Sequence record: MZ444140.1
Reading direction: 5' to 3' (one strand)
Length of the DNA: 64,000 nucleotides
A model generated the notes under the pieces. The model saw nothing but the letters and a program-made list of their open reading frames with translations, was not told the origin of the DNA and searched no databases. Numbering within the stretch: position 1 is the first letter of the stretch; every line of letters starts with the position of its first letter. The position numbers were made by a program, and so were the translations under genes. Shown one piece after another: positions 1-8,445 of the stretch.

Positions 1-355
1 ATGCATGTACACTAATGGGTTTGGTAGTAATTTCACTACTTGTCCCTGAAAAATGAGTTGTAGCTACATATAACTGGGTATCATCAACTAACCCATTTGG
101 ATCCCTACCAACATGTACAAATGGTGGCCTGCTAGAAACATTAGGATGGTCGTCTTTAATAACAAGATGACCATCTTCAGATGGGTAAGCATAGTCATAT
201 CCAGTTACATAGATACGTAGAGCGCCATTCTTAAATGCTTCTTTAATATAAGAATATTCTTCAAAATTAAAACGAATTGAATCAACCACAGCAGTAGTTA
301 ATTTAAGAATAGGGTGTAGTGGCCTTGATGAGTTATTATTCTTAATTAATAGCAT
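1..355 (-). CDS. Hypothetical phage protein, truncated by the window edge (MLLIKNNNSSRPLHPILKL...)
   Basis: Hand translation: ATG at 355-353, open frame running off position 1; overlaps the end of the 342-677 gene; absent from the supplied ORF track. Confidence 0.7.
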   Translation of the reverse strand, partial: MLLIKNNNSSRPLHPILKLTTAVVDSIRFNFEEYSYIKEAFKNGALRIYVTGYDYAYPSEDGHLVIKDDHPNVSSRPPFVHVGRDPNGLVDDTQLYVATTHFSGTSSEITTKPISVHA

Positions 356-677
356 CGGTATTTTCCTTAACGTAAAAAGCAATATGTGGATGGTTCCACA
401 ATGGACTCTCATCACAAAAACTATAACTATGTATTTCCTCGCCAGTATCTAATTTAATAGAGACCACTTCACCTTCAATGACTGTGAAAATAAATTTAGT
501 ATCAGGTGAAACATAATCACCAGTTACATAGTCATTATCGGGAAGATACAATAGTCGTGTTTGATTATCGTATTTAAGTTCTATTCCATCTGTACTATTA
601 AAGTACATATATCCCGTACCATCTGGACTTTTTTGAAACATCTTTAGTTTATTTGGTACGAGTAGATCAATTGACAT
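342..677 (-). CDS. Hypothetical protein
   Basis: 111-aa ORF with GGAG RBS, co-oriented with neighbours. Confidence 0.75.
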   Translation of the reverse strand: MSIDLLVPNKLKMFQKSPDGTGYMYFNSTDGIELKYDNQTRLLYLPDNDYVTGDYVSPDTKFIFTVIEGEVVSIKLDTGEEIHSYSFCDESPLWNHPHIAFYVKENTDAIN

Positions 678-728
678 AGATCTCTCCTAAACGATAGAAG
701 AGAGCCCCATGTAGGGACTCTCATTTAT

Positions 729-1340
729 TTAACCTAGAAGATTACCTACGACTGAAGTTGGATCTTCTTCACCTGCGTCCAGATGTTCATCAATAGCATT
801 CCACATACGGATGATGTCAACTTTCTCGTGCAGACTAAGTTTACGATCGCTCTTGATATCTTCGTGATAGTTTTTATAACCGAATTCTTTCTTATCGGTA
901 TACATAACTCCATCCATCACGCGGCGATAATCAAACTGTCGTTCACCTACAGCATCACCTTGGATGTTATTATAAGAACCACCATATCCATCAACTTCAT
1001 TATTAAGATACATAGTTCTTAGACGCTCATGCGCCATAACCCAACGTTGCATAATTGGACCAGCTGTTTGTAGTTCAGCTAATGTCTCAAGATACACAAT
1101 GTTGTTCGACTGCCATAAGTTATCTTTCTTTGTGGTCAGATTCCGCAGTGCTTGAACAGCAGCTGATTCACTAATCATACTGTACATATTTTGAGCAGTA
1201 TTAAAAAAGCTAGCAGCAGCAGTTGACATAGTTGAACGAAGTGCCTGACTACGCTCACCCAACCATTGAGTTGTTTGCTGTGTAAGATGGCCACCTGCAC
1301 AGATGTCCAAGAGGTCTACACCATGTGCATCTACAATCAT
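729..1340 (-). CDS. Conserved phiKZ-like core protein, probably the gp59/Imp3 (nuclear import factor) equivalent
   Basis: 203 aa; fourth gene after the RNAP exon 2, matching the gp59 position; Imp3 identity recalled from literature, not aligned. Confidence 0.5.
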   Translation of the reverse strand: MIVDAHGVDLLDICAGGHLTQQTTQWLGERSQALRSTMSTAAASFFNTAQNMYSMISESAAVQALRNLTTKKDNLWQSNNIVYLETLAELQTAGPIMQRWVMAHERLRTMYLNNEVDGYGGSYNNIQGDAVGERQFDYRRVMDGVMYTDKKEFGYKNYHEDIKSDRKLSLHEKVDIIRMWNAIDEHLDAGEEDPTSVVGNLLG

Positions 1341-1348
1341 TATACACC

Positions 1349-1774
1349 TCAGTTATTGGCCGTATATGACCAGCATAGATTAAACGGATGTTGCATAGGT
1401 AAGTTAAATGTATCTAGTTCCTGACCGATCCAATTGACAGCTTTTGTAACACCTTCAACAGTTACAGTTAATTCAACATGGATATCATGTTCAGGTGCAG
1501 TCACCACAATAGTGATTGGATCATCATGTTTAATACGGAATCCAAACTTAGGATGATGGAATCCAGTATATTCACCTTTAGTATTTTCTAGAATACATTC
1601 AAATAGATTAGTTTCTTTATTAAGTTTAAATGTAACTAGTTTATCTGAATCTTTAAGTAAACCATTATCCCCAAATACATTGAATCGATAATGCTTATGG
1701 CAGATACCAAGTGTTTTTGGTACATCATGGGAATTATCGATTTGCTTAGTACATTCGTTGCATTTACTATTCAT
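1349..1774 (-). CDS. Hypothetical protein
   Basis: 141-aa ORF in the minus-strand operon. Confidence 0.7.
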   Translation of the reverse strand: MNSKCNECTKQIDNSHDVPKTLGICHKHYRFNVFGDNGLLKDSDKLVTFKLNKETNLFECILENTKGEYTGFHHPKFGFRIKHDDPITIVVTAPEHDIHVELTVTVEGVTKAVNWIGQELDTFNLPMQHPFNLCWSYTANN

Positions 1775-1786
1775 CTTTATTTACCT

Positions 1787-2170
1787 TTAATAGATTTGTT
1801 TATCAAAAGAACAATTGATTGGAATAGTGATAACTTCATTAGTAATTACATGTTTACCTGTCTTTTTAAAGAATTGTGCAAATTTTGAAGTAGCTGGAAT
1901 TACAAGGGTATCATCCCGATCATTATTTGACATATTGTAAAAAGTAAACTTACCGTCTAGGTTAAACCTAATGCACCACTTAATATTTCGTATTTTGAAA
2001 TCTATACCAAATCTTAAATGACCATCAATCAATTCAGAACCACCGTATTCATAAGCTCCGGTGAAATTCCAATTAATTTCTGATAATTGGAAAGTTACAG
2101 GATGTTCGCCATATTCATCTTGTATGTAGTAACCATCATGAGCTTTCCAATAGATAACTAAATCATGCAT
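1787..2170 (-). CDS. Hypothetical protein
   Basis: 127-aa ORF with GAGG RBS. Confidence 0.7.
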   Translation of the reverse strand: MHDLVIYWKAHDGYYIQDEYGEHPVTFQLSEINWNFTGAYEYGGSELIDGHLRFGIDFKIRNIKWCIRFNLDGKFTFYNMSNNDRDDTLVIPATSKFAQFFKKTGKHVITNEVITIPINCSFDKQIY

Positions 2171-2186
2171 ACTACTAGCCTCAAAG

Positions 2187-2219
2187 AATTAATAGGGGAT
2201 TCAAACTCCCCTATTAATT
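2187..2219. terminator. Intergenic stem-loop, probable terminator
   Basis: AATTAATAGGGGA/TCCCCTATTAATT perfect 13-bp inverted repeat. Confidence 0.65.
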
Positions 2220-2229
2220 TATTTTGCTT

Positions 2230-2418
2230 TTAATCATTAAGCTTAGAGATCATTTCGACATATGCATCGACAAACCTTCTGTTTACCACTACATCACCAT
2301 TCCCGCAAGTAATATATCTCTTAGTGAATACGGCTACCGATCTGGCTTCACGTTCATCTCATTCGACTTGTGATAAACATTCCGGGTTACGTCGAATAAT
2401 TTCACGAATATTAGACAT
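2230..2418 (-). pseudogene. Small gene (62 codons plus stop) interrupted by one in-frame TGA at codon 20
   Basis: MSNIREIIRRNPECLSQVE*DEREARSVAVFTKRYITCGNGDVVVNRRFVDAYVEMISKLND; GGGGA RBS, own upstream promoter motif and downstream hairpin. Confidence 0.65.
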
Positions 2419-2449
2419 TGGGTATTCCCCTTATCACTATTGCATCTTA

Positions 2450-2472
2450 GTGATATAAATCTGAAATTAAAT
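2450..2472 (-). promoter_or_regulatory. Phage promoter motif (AGATTTATATCAC class)
   Basis: Minus strand TTTAATTTCAGATTTATATCAC matches a motif repeated upstream of several minus-strand genes. Confidence 0.55.
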
Positions 2473-2524
2473 CCAGTGGAACTTTACATCCATGGTTAGT
2501 CGCCGCCATAACAGGAAATAAAGC

Positions 2525-2548
2525 CCCCTACTACATAAATAGTAGGGG
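2525..2548 (-). terminator. Stem-loop after RNAP exon 2
   Basis: CCCCTACTA/TAGTAGGGG 9-bp stem followed on the minus strand by GCTTTATTT. Confidence 0.65.
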
Positions 2549-2559
2549 TAAGTTTATTA

Positions 2560-2778
2560 TTACGACTTCAACCATTCTTCTAATGGCGGTAAATACTTCT
2601 CATGCGCCCAGTTAATAATTGTTTCTACAACAGGACCCTGTAATTCAAGGTTACCTGAGATTTCATGTGGTTCATCAATAGATAGAACCCATGTATGTGG
2701 AGCAATGCGTTCAGTTGCTTTGGTTAAATACACATCAGGCATTAACGTTAAATTCAATTGATCGCCGTCAAAATCCGC
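2560..2778 (-). CDS. Non-virion RNA polymerase beta-prime-like subunit, exon 2 (phiKZ gp56.1 equivalent)
   Basis: Frame begins GCG GAT TTT GAC GGC GAT (ADFDGD); joined to exon 1 (...KAPN) it rebuilds the NADFDGD catalytic motif. Confidence 0.9.
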   Translation of the reverse strand, partial: ADFDGDQLNLTLMPDVYLTKATERIAPHTWVLSIDEPHEISGNLELQGPVVETIINWAHEKYLPPLEEWLKS

Positions 2779-4167
2779 CGTTATGTTCAGTATGGGTCGT
2801 TAATCCATACCCGGTAGTATAATTACCACATGATAATTACCACCTGCTGCATGTCGCCATGCAGACCAGACTATATCTTCACCCTTCCTTTCGGAGTAGG
2901 GTGTCTCCCATTTCGAGTCACTTGACTCTACATCCTATTTCTAGGACCGGCGCACCTGATACCGTAATAGTCGTTGAACCTTCTCCTATTCCTAAATGGA
3001 ATGTTACGGAGCTTGGCTGCTGATTGTCCCTACCTAATCTTTTTCAAACCTTGGCTTTGTCTTTCGACTCGCAGTGGTAGATTAGTTTAACAGGATATCC
3101 CAGCAATTAGAGAGAACTCATCCCAATGATTACTCATTGGGGGAACTAGACTTGATTAACTTAATAAGGTATTTATCAAGCACCCCATTCTTTTCAAAGA
3201 TTGCTCTTCGAATAGTATTCGGATGCTTAATACCGACATCTCTTGCAAAGTGTGGAATACTTGGATACACTTTGGTAGTGTTCAAGATGGTGTCAGTTAC
3301 TTCAATTGGAGTGCCTTTTCCATTACTAGGTTTTCCAAATGAGGCTTCAATTTCTTTCTGAGTATATTTAGGGAAATCTTCAGGATTAGCAGTATATGAG
3401 AATACCAGACCATCCATGATTTCCTTACTACCTCTAACTAGATGGTAATAGGCTTTATTACGTTTAGTACCTAGTGCAAGTTCCATTTCTGCTAAGTTAT
3501 GAAACACATGTAATGTCTTAGTCTTATAGTCTAAAACATAAACTGTCTTGGTACTTTCACGATCAGCAATCTTAGTCTCACCGGTAATAAATTCAAATGT
3601 GAATCTATTTCTATACGGCTTAGTCTTATGGTCACGTATAATAACCCAAACCGTATTTTTATTAACTCCTAATACCCGAGCAAGTTCATTCATCGAGTAA
3701 TAAGTAGTCTTTTCACCAGTGGTAACATCAGTTGCAATTACCCGTCTATTTTCTTTTCTTAATCCATTTTTGTAAGCATGCTCAATGTTTTCACCACGAG
3801 TCATCCATTCCAAATTGGATGGTAAGTTATTATGTTTGTTGCCGTCTTTATGATTGACTTCATATGTTGGTCCAGGAGATGGACCATGGAATGCAGTACA
3901 AACTAGAATATGCGCTCCCTTACTTTTTGATGTCTTTTCATCATTTTTTGCACCTATATTGAGATATGTCCCAATTGATGTTTTAGTAAGGAAGAAATTA
4001 CATATTCTATTTAACCGCTTATGACGAATCGTTCCTAAGTTACTAGCCTCATAAGCTGAGTATCCAGGAATATCTCGCCATTCAATTTTAAATGAAGCCG
4101 GATCAAAGACGGACACTACTCCGTTTTGTTCCATTGTCTTTTACCTTATTTGGTTATTCAATTGTCC
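2779..4167 (-). mobile_element. Group I intron (1389 nt) containing a homing endonuclease gene
   Basis: Exon 1 ends in U and intron ends in G; core elements P AATTGCTGGGATATCCT (3108-3092), Q AATCAGCAGCC (3025-3015), R GTTCAACGACTA (2979-2968), S AAGATATAGTCTG (2879-2867). Confidence 0.92.
3130..4134 (-). CDS. Intron-encoded HNH homing endonuclease, NUMOD4-HNH with NUMOD1-like C-terminal repeats (phiKZ gp56 equivalent)
   Basis: WRDIPGYSAYEASNLG (NUMOD4); HILVCTAFHG...VNHKDGNKHNN..NLEW...N (HNH); three Y/F-x-S/N-helix repeats. Confidence 0.92.
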   Translation of the reverse strand: MEQNGVVSVFDPASFKIEWRDIPGYSAYEASNLGTIRHKRLNRICNFFLTKTSIGTYLNIGAKNDEKTSKSKGAHILVCTAFHGPSPGPTYEVNHKDGNKHNNLPSNLEWMTRGENIEHAYKNGLRKENRRVIATDVTTGEKTTYYSMNELARVLGVNKNTVWVIIRDHKTKPYRNRFTFEFITGETKIADRESTKTVYVLDYKTKTLHVFHNLAEMELALGTKRNKAYYHLVRGSKEIMDGLVFSYTANPEDFPKYTQKEIEASFGKPSNGKGTPIEVTDTILNTTKVYPSIPHFARDVGIKHPNTIRRAIFEKNGVLDKYLIKLIKSSSPNE

Positions 4168-5412
4168 ATTAGGCGCTTTAAGGCATAAAACTGACATGCT
4201 GATAGAATTATCATTAATGTCATCTTTTACTTTAGTAATAAAGAACTGCTGCGTAGATCCACGTTGAAGCGTTGGATTTCGGTGAAAAGTACAACCCATC
4301 CCTTTATAAGGGGCTGCTTCTGCAATTAGCTCTTTAAATAGATCTGCAATGATTTGGTTATATTGAAGTACATTCTCATATACAAATGAGAATGCTTCAC
4401 GAGTTGTCATGTTAAACTTTGCTTTTAGTTTATTGGTTAGATGATACTTTAATAATTGACAACCTACCCCCCAAGGGATATGTAGTTCATCATAATCATG
4501 CGGGTCACTAATAGAAGTGATTACTGCACGTGCCGTAGCGTTGAGACGAGCACCAAACATGTGACGCCGAGCAAGACCAGGCTTTTGAGCAATTCGTGAT
4601 TTTGCGTAGATCTCGTAGAACTGGCCATATAGTCTTAGTCCTCGCATAGTCCTATTCTGAGCTTTAATTGGACTAAGTGGTACAGATGATGCATCAATAC
4701 TAGCGAAGGTTAAGGTAGCATCAATTGCTGCTTCAATTGGTTTATCTAAGTAAGTACCAGATGTGGTTGATTCTGCTACGAAACAGAGTTTAGAAGGAAC
4801 TGGTAAATATTTAGGGAATAACTTATCTTTATTCTGAGCAACGAATTGAGCGAATTCGGATTTATTATTAGAGATAATATTTGCATCTAGTAGGAATTGG
4901 AAGATCTCATTGAAATTATCAATGAAGTGATTTAATCCTCTTTCAAATCCTCGATGCAGTAGCCTATCTACTTTCCTGCGTGTTTCCTTAGAACCAATAG
5001 ATTCTACATCGTATCGATAAGAAGTATCAGTTAGATATGCTAAGAAATCGAATTCTTTAGTTACTAGATATCCGGTTAGCATAATGATTAAACGTGGGTT
5101 AATTAGGCTACGTACATGTTTTGGTGTACGAACCCACATTGATGGTTCGATAGGGCGGCTAGAAGTATTGACAACTGGAGTATTACAAATATCACAGATT
5201 ACTCCGAGTTTATGTGCGTCTTCGATTGCTCGACAATCACAGCTTACACTACTTTCAATTGCTTCTGAATCTTGGAAATGAGAATAGAAATGTCTATCAA
5301 ATTCTTCTTTCTCATCTGAGTTACTCGTATTGTAATCATTGGCATAAATTCGTTTACCCGTAAATTGATCATGTACTTCATCATGATCAACAACTTTGGC
5401 ATAAAGACCCAT
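4168..5412 (-). CDS. Non-virion RNA polymerase beta-prime-like subunit, exon 1 (phiKZ gp55 equivalent); spliced product 487 aa
   Basis: Zn-binding CDC...CDIC, FGARLNATARAVI and HRNPTLQRGS motifs; frame ends KAPN at the splice site; the unspliced ORF runs 8 codons into the intron. Confidence 0.9.
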
Positions 5413-5435
5413 ACCAAACTCCTATTTATCGATTA

Positions 5436-5480
5436 ACAAAAAAAGGAGATATAAGCGGCCCCCGAAGGAGCCGCTATATC
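5436..5480 (-). terminator. Intrinsic terminator between chimallin and the RNAP gene
   Basis: GATATAGCGGCTCC-TTCG-GGGGCCGCTTATATC with cUUCGg loop, followed by a U-tract. Confidence 0.85.
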
Positions 5481-5800
5481 AGTTTTTACAATGGACCACC
5501 AACGGAGCCTGGCCCGATCCTAGCGTCGTCTACAAAGCTTAACCTCCGCTCTTCTCTGTAGCGCTCTGACACTAGAACCTTTTACCATCCATTGTAGTTT
5601 TTTGATCACACGTCACCTTTTGAGTAACTCCTTTCGGTTAAGTGATCTATCATCCTCGTGTAGTGATAGGTCGACCTAGACTAAGTCCACTAGTCGATTA
5701 CTTCACGGAACCTACTCCTAACCGTTATCACTGAAGTGAACCGGGTCGCAGTATTAGAATCGGGATGTTACTTATTTAACATCCCTATCTACCGAGGTAT
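5481..5800 (-). ncRNA. Candidate structured non-coding RNA or structured 3' UTR of the chimallin transcript
   Basis: No ORF; higher GC than other intergenic DNA; at least six nested stems including 9-bp 5487-5495/5588-5596 and 8-bp 5762-5769/5778-5785. Confidence 0.6.
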
Positions 5801-5806
5801 TTCCTA

Positions 5807-7687
5807 TTAGTACCAGGTACCCGGTGCGTTATAGGAAGGAGCGCCGTAAGTTTGACCCATGCTGCCAGCCATACCAACTTGTGCACTACCAGAAACAGCC
5901 ATGTTACCCATACCGGTGTAACCAGCGAAGCGCTGTTGACCGAAGTTGGTAATTAGGTTTTCCATGGTTACAGTTACACCAGCTGCTGCTGCTGCGGCAT
6001 CCATTGCGGTGATGAATTTCGGGTTAAAGGTTAGACGACGAGCACGACCAGTATAGGTAACGTTACCTAGGTACATCTTGTCGAAGCCTTTACTGTTATT
6101 CATACGACGCACAATGTGGTCATTACCTACCTGAGTAGCATACCAGGTCTTCCACTCTTGGTCATTACCTTCAGACATGTTCATGGCACCTAGAACGTCG
6201 AGATCACGACGGTCGCTTAGTTCACCATGCTCATCAGTGTAGTGACCGAGGTCTACTTCATGATGGTTGTCAAAGATAATCGGACCAGCTTCAGCTAGAT
6301 TATAGAACTGACGGAAATCAGTGCCGTATAGGTTAGTTAGAGCTTGGAAGATCAGACTAACTGCACGAGCTTGGTTTACGCCACCAGCTGCATCTAGGAC
6401 GACTTGCTCAATAGCTGAGTTGTCGCCCATTGGATCGATATCGATCTGGAATGCAGGGTTCTGGTTAACCATCTTGTTCATTAGCATTACGAAGTTGCTG
6501 TCGTCTGCCATGAATGCTTCGGTGCGAGTTTCAATCGCTTTACCTAGCTCTGAGTAATAACCAAGTGCACCAATATCACGCATCTTGCTAGTAGCGATCT
6601 TCGGCATTAGGGTACGAGCCCATGCCTGGGATGCAGTTGCACGATACGCATTACCGAGTGCGAACAGCCACATTTCTAGAGTCCATGCTTGGATCCAGGA
6701 CGCCTTACGAACGTCAGTAATAACGATGTAAGGAGTGAACTGCGGAGGTAGAACTGCACCAGGTAGAGTTACGCCAAACATGCCTTGTTGCTGGCCAGTG
6801 GTCGGAGTCCAATGTAGATCTACGAATAGACTAACTTGGTTTAGCTGGCTATCGGTATCATAGAACTCGTTCTCAGGTACGTTGGTTTTCTTACCACGGC
6901 TAGTGGAGATGACCAGGTCAGAACGGATCGGATTACCACAGCTATCTTTAACCGGAATACCATTGTAGTCTAGATTGCAGGTAAGCTGTTCGTTTTCTGC
7001 TTTGATGTGGGTCGCAATAGAGAACGGAGTCTCATTGTTACGACGCGCAATAGCATCTTCACAGATATTAACGGATTCAACTAGTAGGTTCTTAACAGCT
7101 AGTTCATCTTTGAAGTCGAAGTCAGCATACACTGCACGGGGACCGGCAGATAGTACTTCTAGACCAGGGATGTTGTAACGGTTCCGTAGGAACTCGCCGA
7201 TCTTGCTCCAGTATTGAGCAGTGAATACATCACGCGGTAGTACCTTCTCTTCAATGATGTCATCAGTTAGACCATTGTTGATTTTGTGGGTACGGGGACG
7301 GATGCGAGTACCAGGTAGGTTATCGAGTACTAGAGTACGAACGAATGCCTTCATGGAACCATTGATATCTTTAGCTAGTTTAACAATGAGTAGACCAGCC
7401 ATACCCACTTGTTGTGCATCGCGATCGAAACGATGGATATCGAAGTCATCAGGTAGGTCCTGATGGCGGATTGCTTCTTCTTTTACTTTAGTGAATACTT
7501 GTAGGGCATCTGCTGAACGAGCATCAGAGCCATCTAGCCGACCAGAGCGACGCATTAGATGGTTAATGCCAGTAGTGGACCCAGGTGCGCCAGCCGGACG
7601 TTGAGCTTGACGTTGTGCAGTGGGTTGCGGAGCCGGAGCGGTAGCTTGAGTTTGAACGGTGCCGATTTCGTTTTCGTTAACAGCCAT
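5807..7687 (-). CDS. chmA: Chimallin, major phage nuclear shell protein (phiKZ gp54 equivalent)
   Basis: 626 aa; N-terminus [14 protein letters not shown] recognised; low-complexity termini; high-expression codon bias; directly upstream of the nvRNAP beta-prime gene as in phiKZ-like phages. Confidence 0.9.
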   Translation of the reverse strand: MAVNENEIGTVQTQATAPAPQPTAQRQAQRPAGAPGSTTGINHLMRRSGRLDGSDARSADALQVFTKVKEEAIRHQDLPDDFDIHRFDRDAQQVGMAGLLIVKLAKDINGSMKAFVRTLVLDNLPGTRIRPRTHKINNGLTDDIIEEKVLPRDVFTAQYWSKIGEFLRNRYNIPGLEVLSAGPRAVYADFDFKDELAVKNLLVESVNICEDAIARRNNETPFSIATHIKAENEQLTCNLDYNGIPVKDSCGNPIRSDLVISTSRGKKTNVPENEFYDTDSQLNQVSLFVDLHWTPTTGQQQGMFGVTLPGAVLPPQFTPYIVITDVRKASWIQAWTLEMWLFALGNAYRATASQAWARTLMPKIATSKMRDIGALGYYSELGKAIETRTEAFMADDSNFVMLMNKMVNQNPAFQIDIDPMGDNSAIEQVVLDAAGGVNQARAVSLIFQALTNLYGTDFRQFYNLAEAGPIIFDNHHEVDLGHYTDEHGELSDRRDLDVLGAMNMSEGNDQEWKTWYATQVGNDHIVRRMNNSKGFDKMYLGNVTYTGRARRLTFNPKFITAMDAAAAAAGVTVTMENLITNFGQQRFAGYTGMGNMAVSGSAQVGMAGSMGQTYGAPSYNAPGTWY

Positions 7688-7759
7688 TTTAAATACCTTT
7701 ACGATTATGGTTTCTTGATCAAGAAGAACCTAAGTACTTAGTATACTAGATTCAATTTA

Positions 7760-7783
7760 GTAATATAAATCTCAAATTTTTTT
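7760..7783 (-). promoter_or_regulatory. TATATTAC-type phage promoter for chimallin
   Basis: AAAAAAATTTGAGATTTATATTAC on the minus strand, 73 nt upstream of the ATG; TATATTAC is the published phiKZ early-promoter core. Confidence 0.7.
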
Positions 7784-7840
7784 CATTACAACATAGACGC
7801 TATAATCTGCTATCAGCAGATCGTAACGAACACTATGTTC

Positions 7841-7875
7841 ACTACATATTATTACAATCTGAGTATTATTTATTT
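7841..7875 (-). repeat. 35-bp element identical (inverted) to 63847-63881
   Basis: Reverse complement AAATAAATAATACTCAGATTGTAATAATATGTAGT matches 63847-63881 exactly. Confidence 0.9.
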
Positions 7876-7998
7876 TTCATCTTACAATTTCCATATCTTC
7901 TTTTTTGAGTTTATGGGTATAAAGTTTGAATCCAGAAACTAATTTACGTCAGTCCTGTATTAAATAATAACTATCAGTATTTTTATAAAATGCAGTTA

Positions 7999-8364
7999 TC
8001 ATTTACTTCGCATATACTTACGAACTGTTCCAAAAAGAGAATGATACAGTTTGTATAGTTTACTAACTGGATCAACTTTATTATTATCAGTTGTATCAAA
8101 TTTAGCAATAAATGGTGAATGTGCCGAAGCAGATGTTTCATTTACTTTAACTACACTACCAAATCGATATGCGACTAATACCTTTATTAATTCCTCATGG
8201 AGTTTAGTAGCAGTTGCTAATGGATTGGGATCATTAGGATCTATCTTAATCCTACGCTCGACATTGAAAAAGTTTACTACAATTTCTTTGCTAGTCATGT
8301 ATACAGTAAGATCTTTGTTATTACCTAAATATAGTGGCGGATCTTCAACATTATTTTTAGCCAT
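7999..8364 (-). CDS. Hypothetical protein (gp53 position)
   Basis: 121-aa ORF with GGA RBS and upstream promoter motif at 8406-8430. Confidence 0.7.
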   Translation of the reverse strand: MAKNNVEDPPLYLGNNKDLTVYMTSKEIVVNFFNVERRIKIDPNDPNPLATATKLHEELIKVLVAYRFGSVVKVNETSASAHSPFIAKFDTTDNNKVDPVSKLYKLYHSLFGTVRKYMRSK

Positions 8365-8405
8365 TGTATATTCCTATTTGTAATTACTACTGTTGTTACC
8401 AAACT

Positions 8406-8430
8406 ATGATATAGATCTCAATTAATTTTT
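8406..8430 (-). promoter_or_regulatory. Phage promoter motif (AGATCTATATCAT)
   Basis: AAAAATTAATTGAGATCTATATCAT on the minus strand. Confidence 0.55.
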
Positions 8431-8445
8431 AATCGGATAATAACC

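Noticed and set aside
2359-2361. Genome-wide TGA recoding (alternative genetic code)
   Set aside because: Well-defined genes (sheath, dip, nrdB, the 8446-9537 gene) end in TGA, and no other long gene contains an internal TGA
2560-2757. Independent 65-aa TTG-start gene
   Set aside because: It is exon 2 of the RNAP gene; the frame extends to 2778 and supplies ADFDGD
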